A DNA stretch of 64,000 nt from Utricularia gibba (taxonomy: Eukaryota; Plantae; Magnoliophyta). Below the pieces are notes generated by a model. It saw nothing but the letters and a program-made list of their open reading frames with translations. It was not told the DNA's origin and searched no databases. Where the stretch lies: the NCBI GenBank assembly GCA_002189035.1, contig NEEC01000007.1:2356001-2420000 (forward strand). The letters run 5' to 3'. A program made the translations under genes and the position numbers. Positions 52,577 to 64,000 of the stretch are shown piece after piece. Position 1 is the stretch's first letter. Every line of letters starts with the position of its first letter.

Positions 52577-54490
52577 ATGGGGCACCCAAACAGAAGTGGA
52601 CTCCGGAGGAAGAAGCGGCGTTGAAAGCTGGAGTCCTTAAGCATGGACCTGGGAAATGGCGGACAATTCTCAAAGATCCGCAATTTAGTGGAGTGCTGTA
52701 TCTGCGTTCTAATGTTGATCTGAAGGTAGAAACTTTGAAAAGTTGGTGATGTTCTAGTTTTGATTTACCATTGTTTTAATCGTGCATTATTTAGGACAAA
52801 TGGAGGAACATGAGTGTAATGGCAAATGGATGGGGTTCACGAGAGAGGGCGAGGCTAGCATTGAAGAGGATGCATCGAGCCCCTAAGCAGGGTGAGAGCT
52901 CTGCAGCCGTATCAGCTGTAAGCCAAAGTGATGATGAATTGATTGATACGCGGACACATGGTTCTTCAGGTGGTTCTCCACCTACTGATGTTCCCAAAAG
53001 GTCCATCATGAGGTTAGATACTTCATGTGGGCTCTGTTTTGTTATGTTGCTGTTAATGAAAAATTGCTAAAATCACATGAAAATGTGCTTTTCAAATATG
53101 AAAAGTATGGCCCCGTTTTTTGGTTTGCCTTTTGTTTTGTGTGCGATTTGGGGTTGTGTTTTGACAAGAACAAACCTGGACTTGCTTGGTAATAAGTGGT
53201 TAAACATGGAACTCCTTGAGTGAGCGACTGTTGATGGTTTTGTCCTTTTTGATAGACTGGATAATCTCATAATGGAGGCTATTAACAACTTAAGGGAGCC
53301 TGGCGGTTCTAACAAGGCATCCATAGCTGCATATATTGAGGTTACTTTACTTCATTTTTGTTCAGAAACATGGGAAGTGGTATTACCAGATGCTGCCATT
53401 GTCTTCCTCTAATAGCGTAGATTTGGAAGGCTTGCTTTATTTTTTACTTTTCTATTCAATAAGCAACATCCAGACTTTGAATCTTCAAGTTAGAGAACAC
53501 CCAGAGCATTCAGTAAAAAACTCGTATCCGGATGCACGTTTCTATTCCATTGGGTTTGTTTTTAGTGCACACTTGGCATTCACAGTTTTAACAATTTACA
53601 TGAAAGTATTTTTTCCTTCTAAACGAATATGGTTTTTTAGTATCTGCCTTTGGTTTCACAGCTCTCCCTGTTGCACAGGATCAATACTGGGCTCCTCCAA
53701 ATTTTAAGAGAATATTATCTGCAAAACTGAGACACCTGTCTTTGACTGGGAAACTTGTAAAGGTTTTCTTATCCCCATATTTCATAGTATACATTCAGCT
53801 GAATTTGAACCTCAGAGGCTAAAATTTGGGTGCCCTTTTATTTATTATTTTGTAGATGAAGCGCAAGTATAAAATTTCTGCAACCTACGTATCATCTGAC
53901 AGAAGAAGGAATCCTTCAATTCCTTTGGAAGGGAAACAAAGGACCTCTCAAAAAATTGCTTCTGTTGATGACGATAGCTTTGTCACAAGCACCCAGCTTG
54001 ATCTAGAGTTGGCCAAAATGAGAACCATGACTCCAGAGGAAGCTGCAGCAGCTGCAGCACAGGCTGTCGCTGAAGCGGAAGCTGCCATTGCTGAAGCTGA
54101 AGAGGCTGCTCGAGAGGCTGAAGCAGCAGAAGCGGAAGCTGAAGCAGCACAGGCTTTTGCAGAAGCAGCCCTAAAGACTCTGAAAACCAAGAGCTACTCT
54201 AAAACAGTAAGCCCTTGCTGACTTTATTCTTTGCTATTCATCAATACATTCGTTTTTCTCCTAGATTTATGTGAGAAACTGAATGAAGTGCCTAATGCTC
54301 ATCAGTATAATGCATCACTGGAGCGGTCGTTCATGATTATAACATGATCGTGGATCATCTTAGCTTCGAACTCCGATTTCACATGTGTCACATTAGGACG
54401 TATTTACCTGTACATATTCATCCTACTACTACATGCTTAATTCTTTCATCTGTCTTCTCCCTGCAGACTTCTCCAATGATCCATGCATAG
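52577..54490 (+). CDS. TRB1: Telomere repeat-binding factor, single-Myb-histone (TRB/SMH); apparent 1-nt frameshift in codon 2
   Basis: Exons 52577-52725, 52795-53012, 53256-53340, 53679-53762, 53856-54206, 54467-54490. Telobox Myb [27 protein letters not shown]...RSNVDLKDKWRN, H1/H5 domain [18 protein letters not shown], Ala/Glu coiled coil. The only ATG (52577) is one base out of frame. Confidence 0.9.
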
Positions 54491-55577
54491 CAGCCAGCAC
54501 GCACTGTGGATGTAAATAGACCAGACATGGAGCATAAAGTGAAGCCTTGTCAGTGGAGTTTCCATTTAAAATCTACAGTTTGTACGTATGCTTATGTGAT
54601 GTTCTGCAGTGAGAAGTGAATCAAACAAACCTCAGTCCTCTAGAAGAAATTGATTGTACTGACACTAGGATATTGGATCTCGTCCGGTTCATGAAGGAAT
54701 GCATTTATTTGTTAACAAAAGACATCGGCAATCTAACAAGACGCAGCAAGCATGACAAGCCTAAATATGCCATCTTGTATCTCTCGAAAACCAGACAATC
54801 TTTGGATTCATCGGCCTCCCCTGCCGACTTCCCAACAAAATATCTTTCATTCTTCCACCTTCTTGTGAACACAACACAAGATGCTGATTGCAGGATGTTA
54901 GTAAATCTTTATCCCTTGGGAAGTCATTGAAACTTGGGCTGCTTTTATCTGATGATAACTAACACACGTGCGTTCATCTTCTTGAAGCAGACCATCACCG
55001 TTTCTTACAGACAAAAGCAAGAAAGAGAAAGATGCATGGTTGGTTCATGTTGACTATGGATATCGACTGAACAGTAACCATCGTCTCTGTCATTTTCTGA
55101 GCTTTTGTATCAGTGACTCAAGAGACGCTGTGTATTGGATCCCAAAAAGAGATCACAGGCAGAACTCCATTTAATAGACATAGTATTCTTTAGCAGGTTG
55201 TTTGTTACCTCAACAGGGATTGAGGTGGTGCAGCGGCGTGCTCATTTTGTATCCTGATGTAACTGTTTGAAGCATGGGATGAATGTACTTGCAAATAAGT
55301 CTACAAAGATGACGTCTCTGATTCACATCCATACAACAGCACGCTTGCCTACGACAGTCACACATGAGAGCTTGCTATGACATGGAACTTGGAAGCAAAA
55401 AGCCAACACCTGCAAATTAACATAATGCTGTAGATCAAGACATTGCCTCTAGACTTCTTAAATCTGAACTCATTCACTTACACCGGAAGTCTTGAACAAC
55501 AAAACTCAGATTAGCCGTATTCGACAGAGTAGAGAGCGCAAAGAATGTGCATTTCAAGTCATCTTTGTATTGCTTTA

Positions 55578-56778
55578 TCACGGCCTAAGTCCCAAACTCA
55601 TTGAGTTCCCTTGCAAATCGCACGCCCTGTTCTCACACTCCAACTTTCCCCACCGTGCATCGACTCGTTCACAAGGGAATACGAGCTTTCCGAGGCTGCA
55701 CCAACAATATAGACAGACTCAATGTAAATCAGGCATCACAAGATCATTCTTGTTTCTAAGATTTCTCAGACTGAGACCCTTTATTCCCGCTCCAGTTCCT
55801 AAACATATGGGATGGTTCAGAAGAGATTTCGTTGGGTAAGAAGTGCGTTATACCTTCTATTGACAACATTATGTATATGACACATCCATTGAGAAAAATC
55901 ATCATGGGAAGCTGCCTGCACAGGATTTGCTCTGCAGATGATTGGTGATATGAAAACAAAGTTAGCATATCAGTGATTGGATGGGAAGCTATTGAAATAT
56001 AGGACACCTTAGAACATCTTTAAAATGATCAGCACATTCCTGGCAAGGATACATGCGAGATAATATTGCCATCTGCATCAGAAAACCACGGAATGGTATT
56101 TATTTTTGGTAGAAACTGGTGAACGAAACGAAACAAGAATGGACTTATTCCACCACTAAGAACGAAGTAGGAATCAGCATACCAATTCTTTGACATCCCT
56201 CTTCTGCTGCCTTGTTGGCTTGTCTGGATACTAGAAAGGATAAATTGGCGAATCAGCACAAATATTCCCTAACACTACTCCCACTCCTCACAAAATACAC
56301 AAGAGACAGAAGCTTATTGCCTGCAATTATAGAGTAAACAACATAGAGAAATAACCTGGGCAGCTAGAGTGTGAAGGAAAATCCAAGTCGCTCTCCCAAG
56401 TTCCTCTTTCGTTATTGGGCCCGAAGTCTTAAGCCATCAAAACAACGCATAATATTATCATCAGTTTGAATTCAAAACAAAGCATGAATTATGCTGCAAA
56501 TAAGTAAGAACAAGGGAACCGCAAGAGCCACCCAAACAACAAAAAAAACGATTCAAGAAATACGAAATTGGCACCTTTTCTACGACGTCGGCAGGCCGTA
56601 AAGCATAAGCGGCGTCAGCAGGTAGAGGAGATACAAGGTTTTTCCGCTTAGGAGGTGAGGGATTCCTCAAGCCTGGAGTTTGAGAGGGGCGGAGGAGTAG
56701 CCGGGAGAGATGGGATTGTACTGTCTCTGAAACTACAGCGAAGGCTTGGAACAAATGCTGAAGCGGATTTTCAGACAT
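55578..56778 (-). CDS. ERV1: FAD-linked sulfhydryl oxidase ERV1 (mitochondrial intermembrane space)
   Basis: Mostly missed by the ORF track because the exons are short: MSENPLQHLFQAF (56778-56575) / TSGPITKEELGRATWIFLHTLAAQ / YPDKPTRQQKRDVKEL (56230-56183) / MAILSRMYPCQECADHFKDVLR (redox CxxC) / ANPVQAASHDDFSQWMCHIHNVVNR / SLGKLVFPCERVDARWGKLECENRACDLQG (plant C-terminal Cx4C shuttle)...RP*. Confidence 0.93.
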
Positions 56779-57713
56779 TCTGCTCACGCAAACTGCGAGA
56801 CGCTCCGTCGTCAGTCCAGCGGGTTGCATTATGACTACAAAAAGGCCTAACCGACTCAACATTTCCAGGCTCGTAAGAAAAAAAGTTGGGCTTCAGGCCC
56901 ATAAGCAACGAATAAAACAGTTTGGAAAGGGAAATGTTTATAATTTACAAAATTTATCGATAAAAAATATATAATATATTATGAACACGATAATATATTG
57001 TGATACAAAATTTCACAATTTTACATTCTTTGTTTTTGAAAAAAATTATTGTATAAGATTAATAAAGTTTCTATATTTAAACACATTTGACCATTGAGTA
57101 TTTAACCTTTTTAAATGTAATTTTGGCTTTACCCTCATCAATTAGAGTATCTTTATCTATTTTAAAAAATGTTGATGTGACATTTCTAGAAATAAGGTAA
57201 AGATTTCCGAAAATTGGTAAACGTGAATTTTCTTTTTTAATGAAACTAAAATAAGTATATATAGTTTACTTATCGAAACGGCTTAAAAATAAGGTAATTT
57301 TAAATTATTCTAATATTATTATTTTATAAATTAAATATAAATGTAAATAAAATTCAATAAATCAATTTATGAAAATGTCATATCAGCATTTCTAAAAATT
57401 GGTAAATATGATCTTATACTTAATTTCATCACATTACAGTGAAATTTATGGCCACGGCGGTCGGCCGGCGTGGTAGGAACTACCACACCAACCAGGAGGG
57501 GGTTGCCGGGCCAAGCTTTTAAAGATCAATTCGAACTTGTCAAGGATGTATTCTCAAGTTTTTTCGTACTTCTAATTTTACCCTCTTTTCTGGAACACCG
57601 GCGCCGGTGTCGTGTCGTATTCCTACGGCTACGGCTCTCAGAAAAAGGAGTTATCCTGAGGGTTGTTGGGGGTTAATCTTGAAGGGAAAAAAAAATCATT
57701 TTATCTAGGGTGA

Positions 57714-59155
57714 ATGGCTCCGGTGAAGATTTCCGGCGGCGGAGTCACGGCGGGCCACGCGGTGGCGCTGCCTTACCCGGGCGCGGCCACATCAACGCAA
57801 TGATGAACCTTTGCAAACTACTCACCGATTCCGATCCCGGACTTGCTATCACCTTCGTGGTCACAGAAGAGTGGCTCACCTTACTCGGCTCCGCCAATAA
57901 ACCCGCCGCCGTTCGTTTCGCCACTATACCAAACGTGCTACCCTCGGAGGCTAATCGCGGCTCCGACATGGTTAGCTTTGTCGGTGCCGCTTTGACGAAG
58001 ATGGAGGACCCTTTTGAGCGGCTGCTGGAGAATGAGAATAACGGTCCTGTTCACATTATCATCGCAGATACATTTCTGAGCTGGGCGGCTGACGTCGGAA
58101 ACAGGAGGAACATTCCGGTGGCATCATTTTGGCCGATGCCGGCCTCAGTTTTCTCCATCTTGCACCACATCTGCAGCAGAATTGATCAGGATCCCCCATT
58201 CGAACCATCTGGTGAGCCCAAATATCTTTCAAACCGTTCAAATTAATTTTGAAGAGTAAATTCCTATCTGTTGAACAGAATCAGGAGAAAAGCGAATTGA
58301 TTGGATTCCTGGGGTTTCTTCAATTCGTTTGGATGATTTGCCGTCGACAATTCGTATGGAGAATCAATCATTGTTTCGTTTCATTAGAGGCATCTTCTCG
58401 AAAGTTTCCAGGTACCGGTATCTGTTGCTGTCCAGCATCTATGAAGTAGAATCCAAAGTAATGGAAGCTCTGACTCTCCCAATGCCAATATACACCGTCG
58501 GCCCAATGATTCCATACTTGAATCTTGAAGAAGCAACTAGTTTCACTTCTTCCGATCAACCAAGCTACGTCAAATGGCTCACTTCTCAGCCTCAGAAATC
58601 TGTTCTATACGTCGCATTTGGAAGCTTTCTCCCGGTTGCAAGTACCCAGATGGACGAAATTGCCGATGGGCTCCGTCAGAGTGGCGCTAGGTTCTTGTGG
58701 GTGGCGCGTGGGGAGGCTGAGAGACTGCAGGAAAAATGTGGGAGATGGGGAAAGTTGTGCGGTGGTGTGAGCAGTTGAAGGTCCTCTGCCACCCTTCCGT
58801 TGGGGGGTTTTGGTCACACTGCGGCTGGAACTCCACAACGGAAGCTATTGTTGCTGGTGTTCCGGTGATCGCTATGCCCTTGATGATGGACCAATTGACA
58901 ATCAGGAAGCACATTGTGGAGGACTGGAAGATCGGAGTGGATGCAAGGGGAGGAGCGCCGGCAGGGGAGCTGTTAAAGAGCAGTCAGGTTGCAGAGCTCG
59001 TGAAGGACTTTATGGATATGGAGCGTGAGGAGCGGAAGGAGATGACGAAGAGGTCATCGGAGCTCCGGGCGGCGGCAATGGCAGCCGTTTCTGATGGAGG
59101 GTCTTCAAGGGCAAATCTCACTGCTTTTCTAGCATCTTTGACTGGTTCTTGCTAG
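57714..59155 (+). CDS. UDP-glycosyltransferase, UGT87A-like; two apparent 1-nt frameshifts
   Basis: HAVALPYPG|RGHINAMMNLCKLL, ITFVVTEEWL, RFATIPNVLPSE, one intron at 58212-58278, SVLYVAFGSFL, PSPG box WCEQLKVLCHPSVGGFWSHCGWNSTTEAIVAGVPVIAMPLMMDQ, GGSSRANL. The frame breaks at 57779-57781 and 58740-58742. Confidence 0.9.
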
Positions 59156-59404
59156 ATAACTTGCTCGAACACTGTTCCTTGTTTCCCTGTGTTCTAGAAT
59201 AAAGTGAGAATGATTTCCTAATGTTGATGATCCAATAGAAATTACTCAATACATCAAATAGGGATGAATGCTTTGCAGTTTGCTGATGACTCTGATCCAT
59301 GCATGGGAAATGGAACTTCGTTTATTCAAGACAAGGAAGAATGTTGTATGATATACAGGTTCTGGTGGTTGCTACAAACAAGTGGAGTCTAACGGAGAAC
59401 CAAT

Positions 59405-61910
59405 TTATGAACCAGGAAGGAAAGGAACCTGAGCTAGAGAAATGCTGAGGTTATGAGCAGCCAGATATGCTGCGATTCCGGCTGCGTAGCCAGCAAAAGC
59501 GAATCCGCTCACCTACAGATGGAGAAGAAACATGAAGGGATCCTAAGAAAAGGAGTGCAGGAGTCGTTAGTGTAAGCAGATTATACCTTCTTCAGGTACC
59601 AGAAGAAGTCCACCTTCTCCATTCCCATAAACGCTACCCCAGCAGCAGAGCCGATGATCAACATGGATCCTCCTGTTCCGGCGCAGAAGGCAACAAGCTG
59701 CCAAAACTCGGAGTCTTGAGGAAACGAAGAAAGATTATACATTCCCATGGTTGCAGCTACTAAGGGGACATTGTCTATGATAGCAGATGCGACTCCTATT
59801 GAACTTGCAATGAGTTCGATGCTTGGGATGTGGGAATCGAGATACTTGGCCAATTCTTGAAGTACTCCAGCAGCCTCGAGACTGCAACAATGTCAAATGT
59901 ATGGAATGGATGTTAAAGACCAGAAGAGTGCTGAATAGCTCTTAGTGAAGCTGTGATATCAGCAATACCTACTGACTGAGAGAAGAATTCCTAGGAAGAA
60001 CAGGACTCCTTGAGTGTCAATTCTTGACAGAGCCTGTGGCACTTTCAGTTGTTGTCTCTCAGATTCGCCATAGTGAATGGCGTCTGTGAGGATCCAAAGA
60101 ACCCCGAGTCCAAAGATCATGCCCATGTAAGGTGGTAATCCTGTTAAGGCTTTGAAAATGGGGACAAATACAAGAGCCCCAACTCCAACTGAGAAAACAA
60201 GCTTGCCACGAGGAGCCATCTGTTCTGATGCCAAAACATCACGCGAGCTCTGCCCTTTACCACTAACTTCACTGATGAAGAGAAATATTTAGTATCCATG
60301 GTAGAATAGCAACCAGCAAGCACAGAAGAATACCTGGTAAGAGACAAGAAAGCCAAGGGAACGGCCAGGGAAATGATGGAAGGTATTAACAGATCCTGCT
60401 CACGCAAAGGAAGTATTACATAAAGGAAAATCAGACAACTGCATATAGCAAAGAAGAAGCACTAAGGCAAGTGTTAAAGAGTAGAAATTGACTTCAAAGG
60501 AACCTTCATTGTGGGCAATGTGGTTATTTGTCCATGTATCCATAGCATTGTGGTTGTCACATCACCGATTGGAGTCCATGCTCCACCAGCATTTGCTGCA
60601 ATCACAACAACCGCACCAAGAAGCCTTCCAAGGAATAACGATCCCAAATTTCAGTTCAATAGCTTTTTCTACGGTTCAAATCTTCATTGAGAACACGAGC
60701 AAGGCTACTCTTGCCTTAACAGCCTAAGGAAGAAGCTTACTTTCGGTACTCTGAAGGCGGTACCAACTTTCGGAGCAATGACACCATAACGATGGTAGAG
60801 GTCAAATTATCAAGAACCGAGCTTAGAAAAAATGTCACAAAACCAACCTGCAACCAATGATCAGGTTTTATCACCTTTCCAATGATGCATCCTTAACAAA
60901 AAAGGTCCCAAGATGCTCACCACCCAGAGCAGAGTTCGTGGTTTTCGAGTTGTGATATTGTCTGTAACTAGCTTGAATCCTTGATGAGCATCAACAATCT
61001 CAACAATAGTCATAGCACCAAGCAAGAAAAATACTATCTCACTCACTTCACTCGATGCATGGGATAGCTCGGAAACAACTACTTCAGTTGAAGGGGCCTG
61101 ATACGGAAATCTTCTAGTTCATTGGTAGTCCGAGGAGAGCCCTTTCAAGCCCACAAAGGTGAAAAATACTTACCCCGATACTCCTCACAACCCACAAACT
61201 AACAGCCATGAGAAGCCCCACGCCACTCTTATTGAACGCAAGGGATTCCTCAAATATAATTCCAGCATAGCCTATTCCAAACAATATCGCCATTGCAAGG
61301 TCCTGATGCAACATTGAAAATATTGTTTCATAGATATCTGAGCTACCTATAAGTGGATATGGATGAGGACGAACCTGGTTGGCCGCAACCCAAGAGTGGT
61401 TAATAGCTAATACTCCAGTTCCGGCAGCAGCAAGAACAGCAAGAGCTTTCACTAAATCTGTCTTCGGCTGATAACTCGCTTCGATGTCTTCATAGCTCGT
61501 CTCATCAACGGAGCAAAGTGGATCACAAGTTCCTGCTGGACTGAATTCCTGGTCACCACCCACCAAATTCGCAGCATCAGGTCCAACGCCAATCCATTCA
61601 TTCAAGTAACAATTGCAACGCACAAAGTACGATATTTGCAGAAGAAAAGTCAATAAATAACCTCAGAGTTGGTGTCCGAGCTGGACTGAAGATCAGGCAA
61701 AGAAGCAGAGGAACGCCCACGGCCGATCTCCTCCGCCCTAGCAAAAAGGATTCCATTTCTCCCCAACGAAAAACCCAACCCAACTCTTTTTCTCAACGTA
61801 AAAGGAGTCGGAGACAGGGGGAGCGATCTGGGAGACGGATATTTCTTCAACTTGGTGTAGAGCAATGAACAAGTCTGGGTTCTCGCTGGGCGAGGGACTA
61901 CACCAGACAT
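59405..61910 (-). CDS. NHD1: Plastid Na+/H+ antiporter, NhaD family
   Basis: Transit-peptide exon 61910-61662, then GTCDPLCSVDE, GYAGIIFEESLAFNKSGVGLLMAVSLW, EIVFFLLGAMTIVEIVDAHQGF, FFLSSVLDNLTSTIV, AANAGGAWTPIGDVTTTMLW, SAIIDNVPLVAA, GTGGSMLIIGSAAGVAFMG, ending QVPFLPGS*. Confidence 0.93.
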
Positions 61911-64000
61911 TTTCTCCGTAGATGCGCACTCACCGATCTCAGAATTCAAGAACACAGGAGTGGATGAGATGTTGCAATGGCGTTCCACTGTCAGAAGAGG
62001 ATAATTCACAATGGTGCAGCAAGAAGAAACTGTAATTCACCAAGCCACGCATAGCCAGAGGACGCACACAGGCCCATAATTACCTCAATGGCCCATACCA
62101 TAAAGGAAATGAAAGGGAATGCCAGCTCATATATGTCCGGCCCCAGACGGCCCATTTGTTGTTGGTAGAATTTAATTATTTTATATAAAAATATATTTAA
62201 TAATATTTTATTATTATTATTATTATTATTTAATATCATGAATGATATATTTAAACCGGATGAAGTTTGGTTTAGAAGAAAAAAACTAACAAACTTAATT
62301 CTCAAAGTCATTTATAAATATGATTATTAAAATAAAAAATTAATATTCATATATTTAATAAAATTGATTTTTATAAGTAAATAATATATTTATACATATT
62401 TATAAATAATCCTATTTTATTTTTTATTTGAATAAAACATATTATATATATATATATATATATATCAATATTTATCAAATTCAAAATCAATGTTTAAAAA
62501 AATAAGAATTGATTTTTATAATTTTTTATCAAATGAGTATAATATTAAATTTATTCATCAAAATTAATTCTTAAAAAAAATTATGTATGAGAAACTATAC
62601 ATTCATTTTGTTCATAAAATTCAAGTAATTCTCAAAAATCAATTTTAATAAAAGAGAATTAAGTACATATTTAAAAAGTAGAATTAATTTTAGTAGAATA
62701 GAATTGGTTTCCAACGATAGGTGAATTATAGCCCAATCAATCCGTGCTCTTCGAGCTAATTGTCTTCTGGAATTGGCGTTGCCCTAAAAATCTAATATGA
62801 AGGAGAAACAAACACTGGGAACCGAGTGAGAGACAGGCCCAGGTAGCTGGTGTGTTGATGGGGAATGCATGAAAAAGGGGTGCGCCCTCAGTATTGTATT
62901 GTAATTGAATTGAATTGGCGTCACGACCAGGCAGTGCTTTGTGAAGGGGCGCAGCGGATCGGGTAGAGCGCCCTTTTCATCCCCACACGCGTAGTTATGA
63001 TCCCTAGAATCGAAGGGGCTTCCTCCTTTTTTTATTTGGTGGAATCCGTTTCTGCTTACTGAATACTTGCCATGTTTCCTAACTCACATCAGCAGTCGCA
63101 TCTGTAATGAGGCAGGAAAGGAAACCAGATTCCTTGCATTTGGAGCACCGCATTCTCTTCTTGGAGAACAAGGCCTGAGGGTGAGGGTGAGGCTGACTTC
63201 GTCCTCCTCGAGCCATGGGGCGATTCTGTTGATGGCGAGCCAGTGATTAGGTCCATCTAACATCTTGACTCCACTGCGTAGTCAAATAAGTTGGCGTTGA
63301 ATCCCAGTGTGTTTGTTGTCTTCCAAGACCGAGAGCCAGAAGTCTGTGGCCCTCCGCAGCCGCAGGCAGACACAGCCACCCAGAGAGTTAATTCTGCTCA
63401 TACTTATGGAAGGGACTGCCAATCCAGTCTTAGAAAATTGGTTATGCATCATACATTATACGAAAAAAATAATTATCCTATGCATAATTTTTTTGACTGT
63501 GTGTATGATAGAAGTTGAAATGATCACTTTTTTAAATAATCCCTAAACTCTATTGTTTTAAGATTGTTTGCTAGCTTTGATTCTGTAGTATATGACTATC
63601 AATGAAATCATATTCCGTTATTTGAAAAAAAAATGTGAGGGATGAGATTTAAATATATCATATGTTATAAGATAATTTTACTATTTTTAATATTATATTA
63701 TGATAGTTTTACCTTTATGATTTTTTCACTTATTTTTGTTATCATTACTATTCGTTCAAACAATTATTTACCACACAAATTCTTCTCGATTTACTCAAAT
63801 AGAAAGATATTCCATGTGCATTTTAAAATTAAATAATTATTTCCACATGTAATTTCTAATAAAATTAAATCATGGGAATCATTTATTTCCACTCCAACCA
63901 AAGGACCTAATCTTATCCATGAAATTATGAGAAGTAAAGATGGCAGGTGACATGACCAAAATGGGAATTGCCTCTTTTCAGGGTTTATTATTAATTAACA

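Noticed and set aside
54616-54930. 104-aa ORF between TRB and ERV1
   Set aside because: GTG start, no recognisable domain, in the convergent 3' UTR zone.

Overview
This is a gene-dense plant nuclear window (probably eudicot), not a prokaryotic one: short GT-AG introns, AT-rich intergenic DNA and plant promoter motifs. Most ORFs in the supplied track are exon fragments, intron read-throughs or shadow frames, often opened at TTG/GTG. I can support 17 protein-coding genes: SLD5 (cut by the window edge), a SoPIN1-type PIN auxin carrier, ISD11/LYRM4, a YihQ-like GH31 glycosidase, a clade II TGA bZIP, NDF5, a MORN-repeat PIP5K, Fd-GOGAT, an EXORDIUM/PHI-1 protein, an ATL RING-H2 ligase, MDP-1, a PB1-domain protein, histone H3.1, a NAT transporter, a TRB/SMH telomere-binding factor, ERV1, a UGT87A-like glycosyltransferase and NHD1 (18 loci if the edge-cut SLD5 is counted separately from the complete ones). 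Two non-autonomous DNA transposons have visible target-site duplications: a Mutator-like foldback element and a hAT-like element. There are also two short tandem duplications and several microsatellites. I found no operon-like or multi-gene novel system. The best biological lead is the plant sulfoquinovosidase-like GH31, which keeps most of the bacterial sulfonate pocket but has Gln where YihQ has Arg. The main caveat is five apparent 1-nt frameshifts in four otherwise intact genes (PIP5K, ATL, TRB, UGT twice), each repairable by adding one G to a G run, which points to homopolymer errors in the assembly rather than pseudogenes. All family assignments rest on recognising motifs from memory; no search was run.
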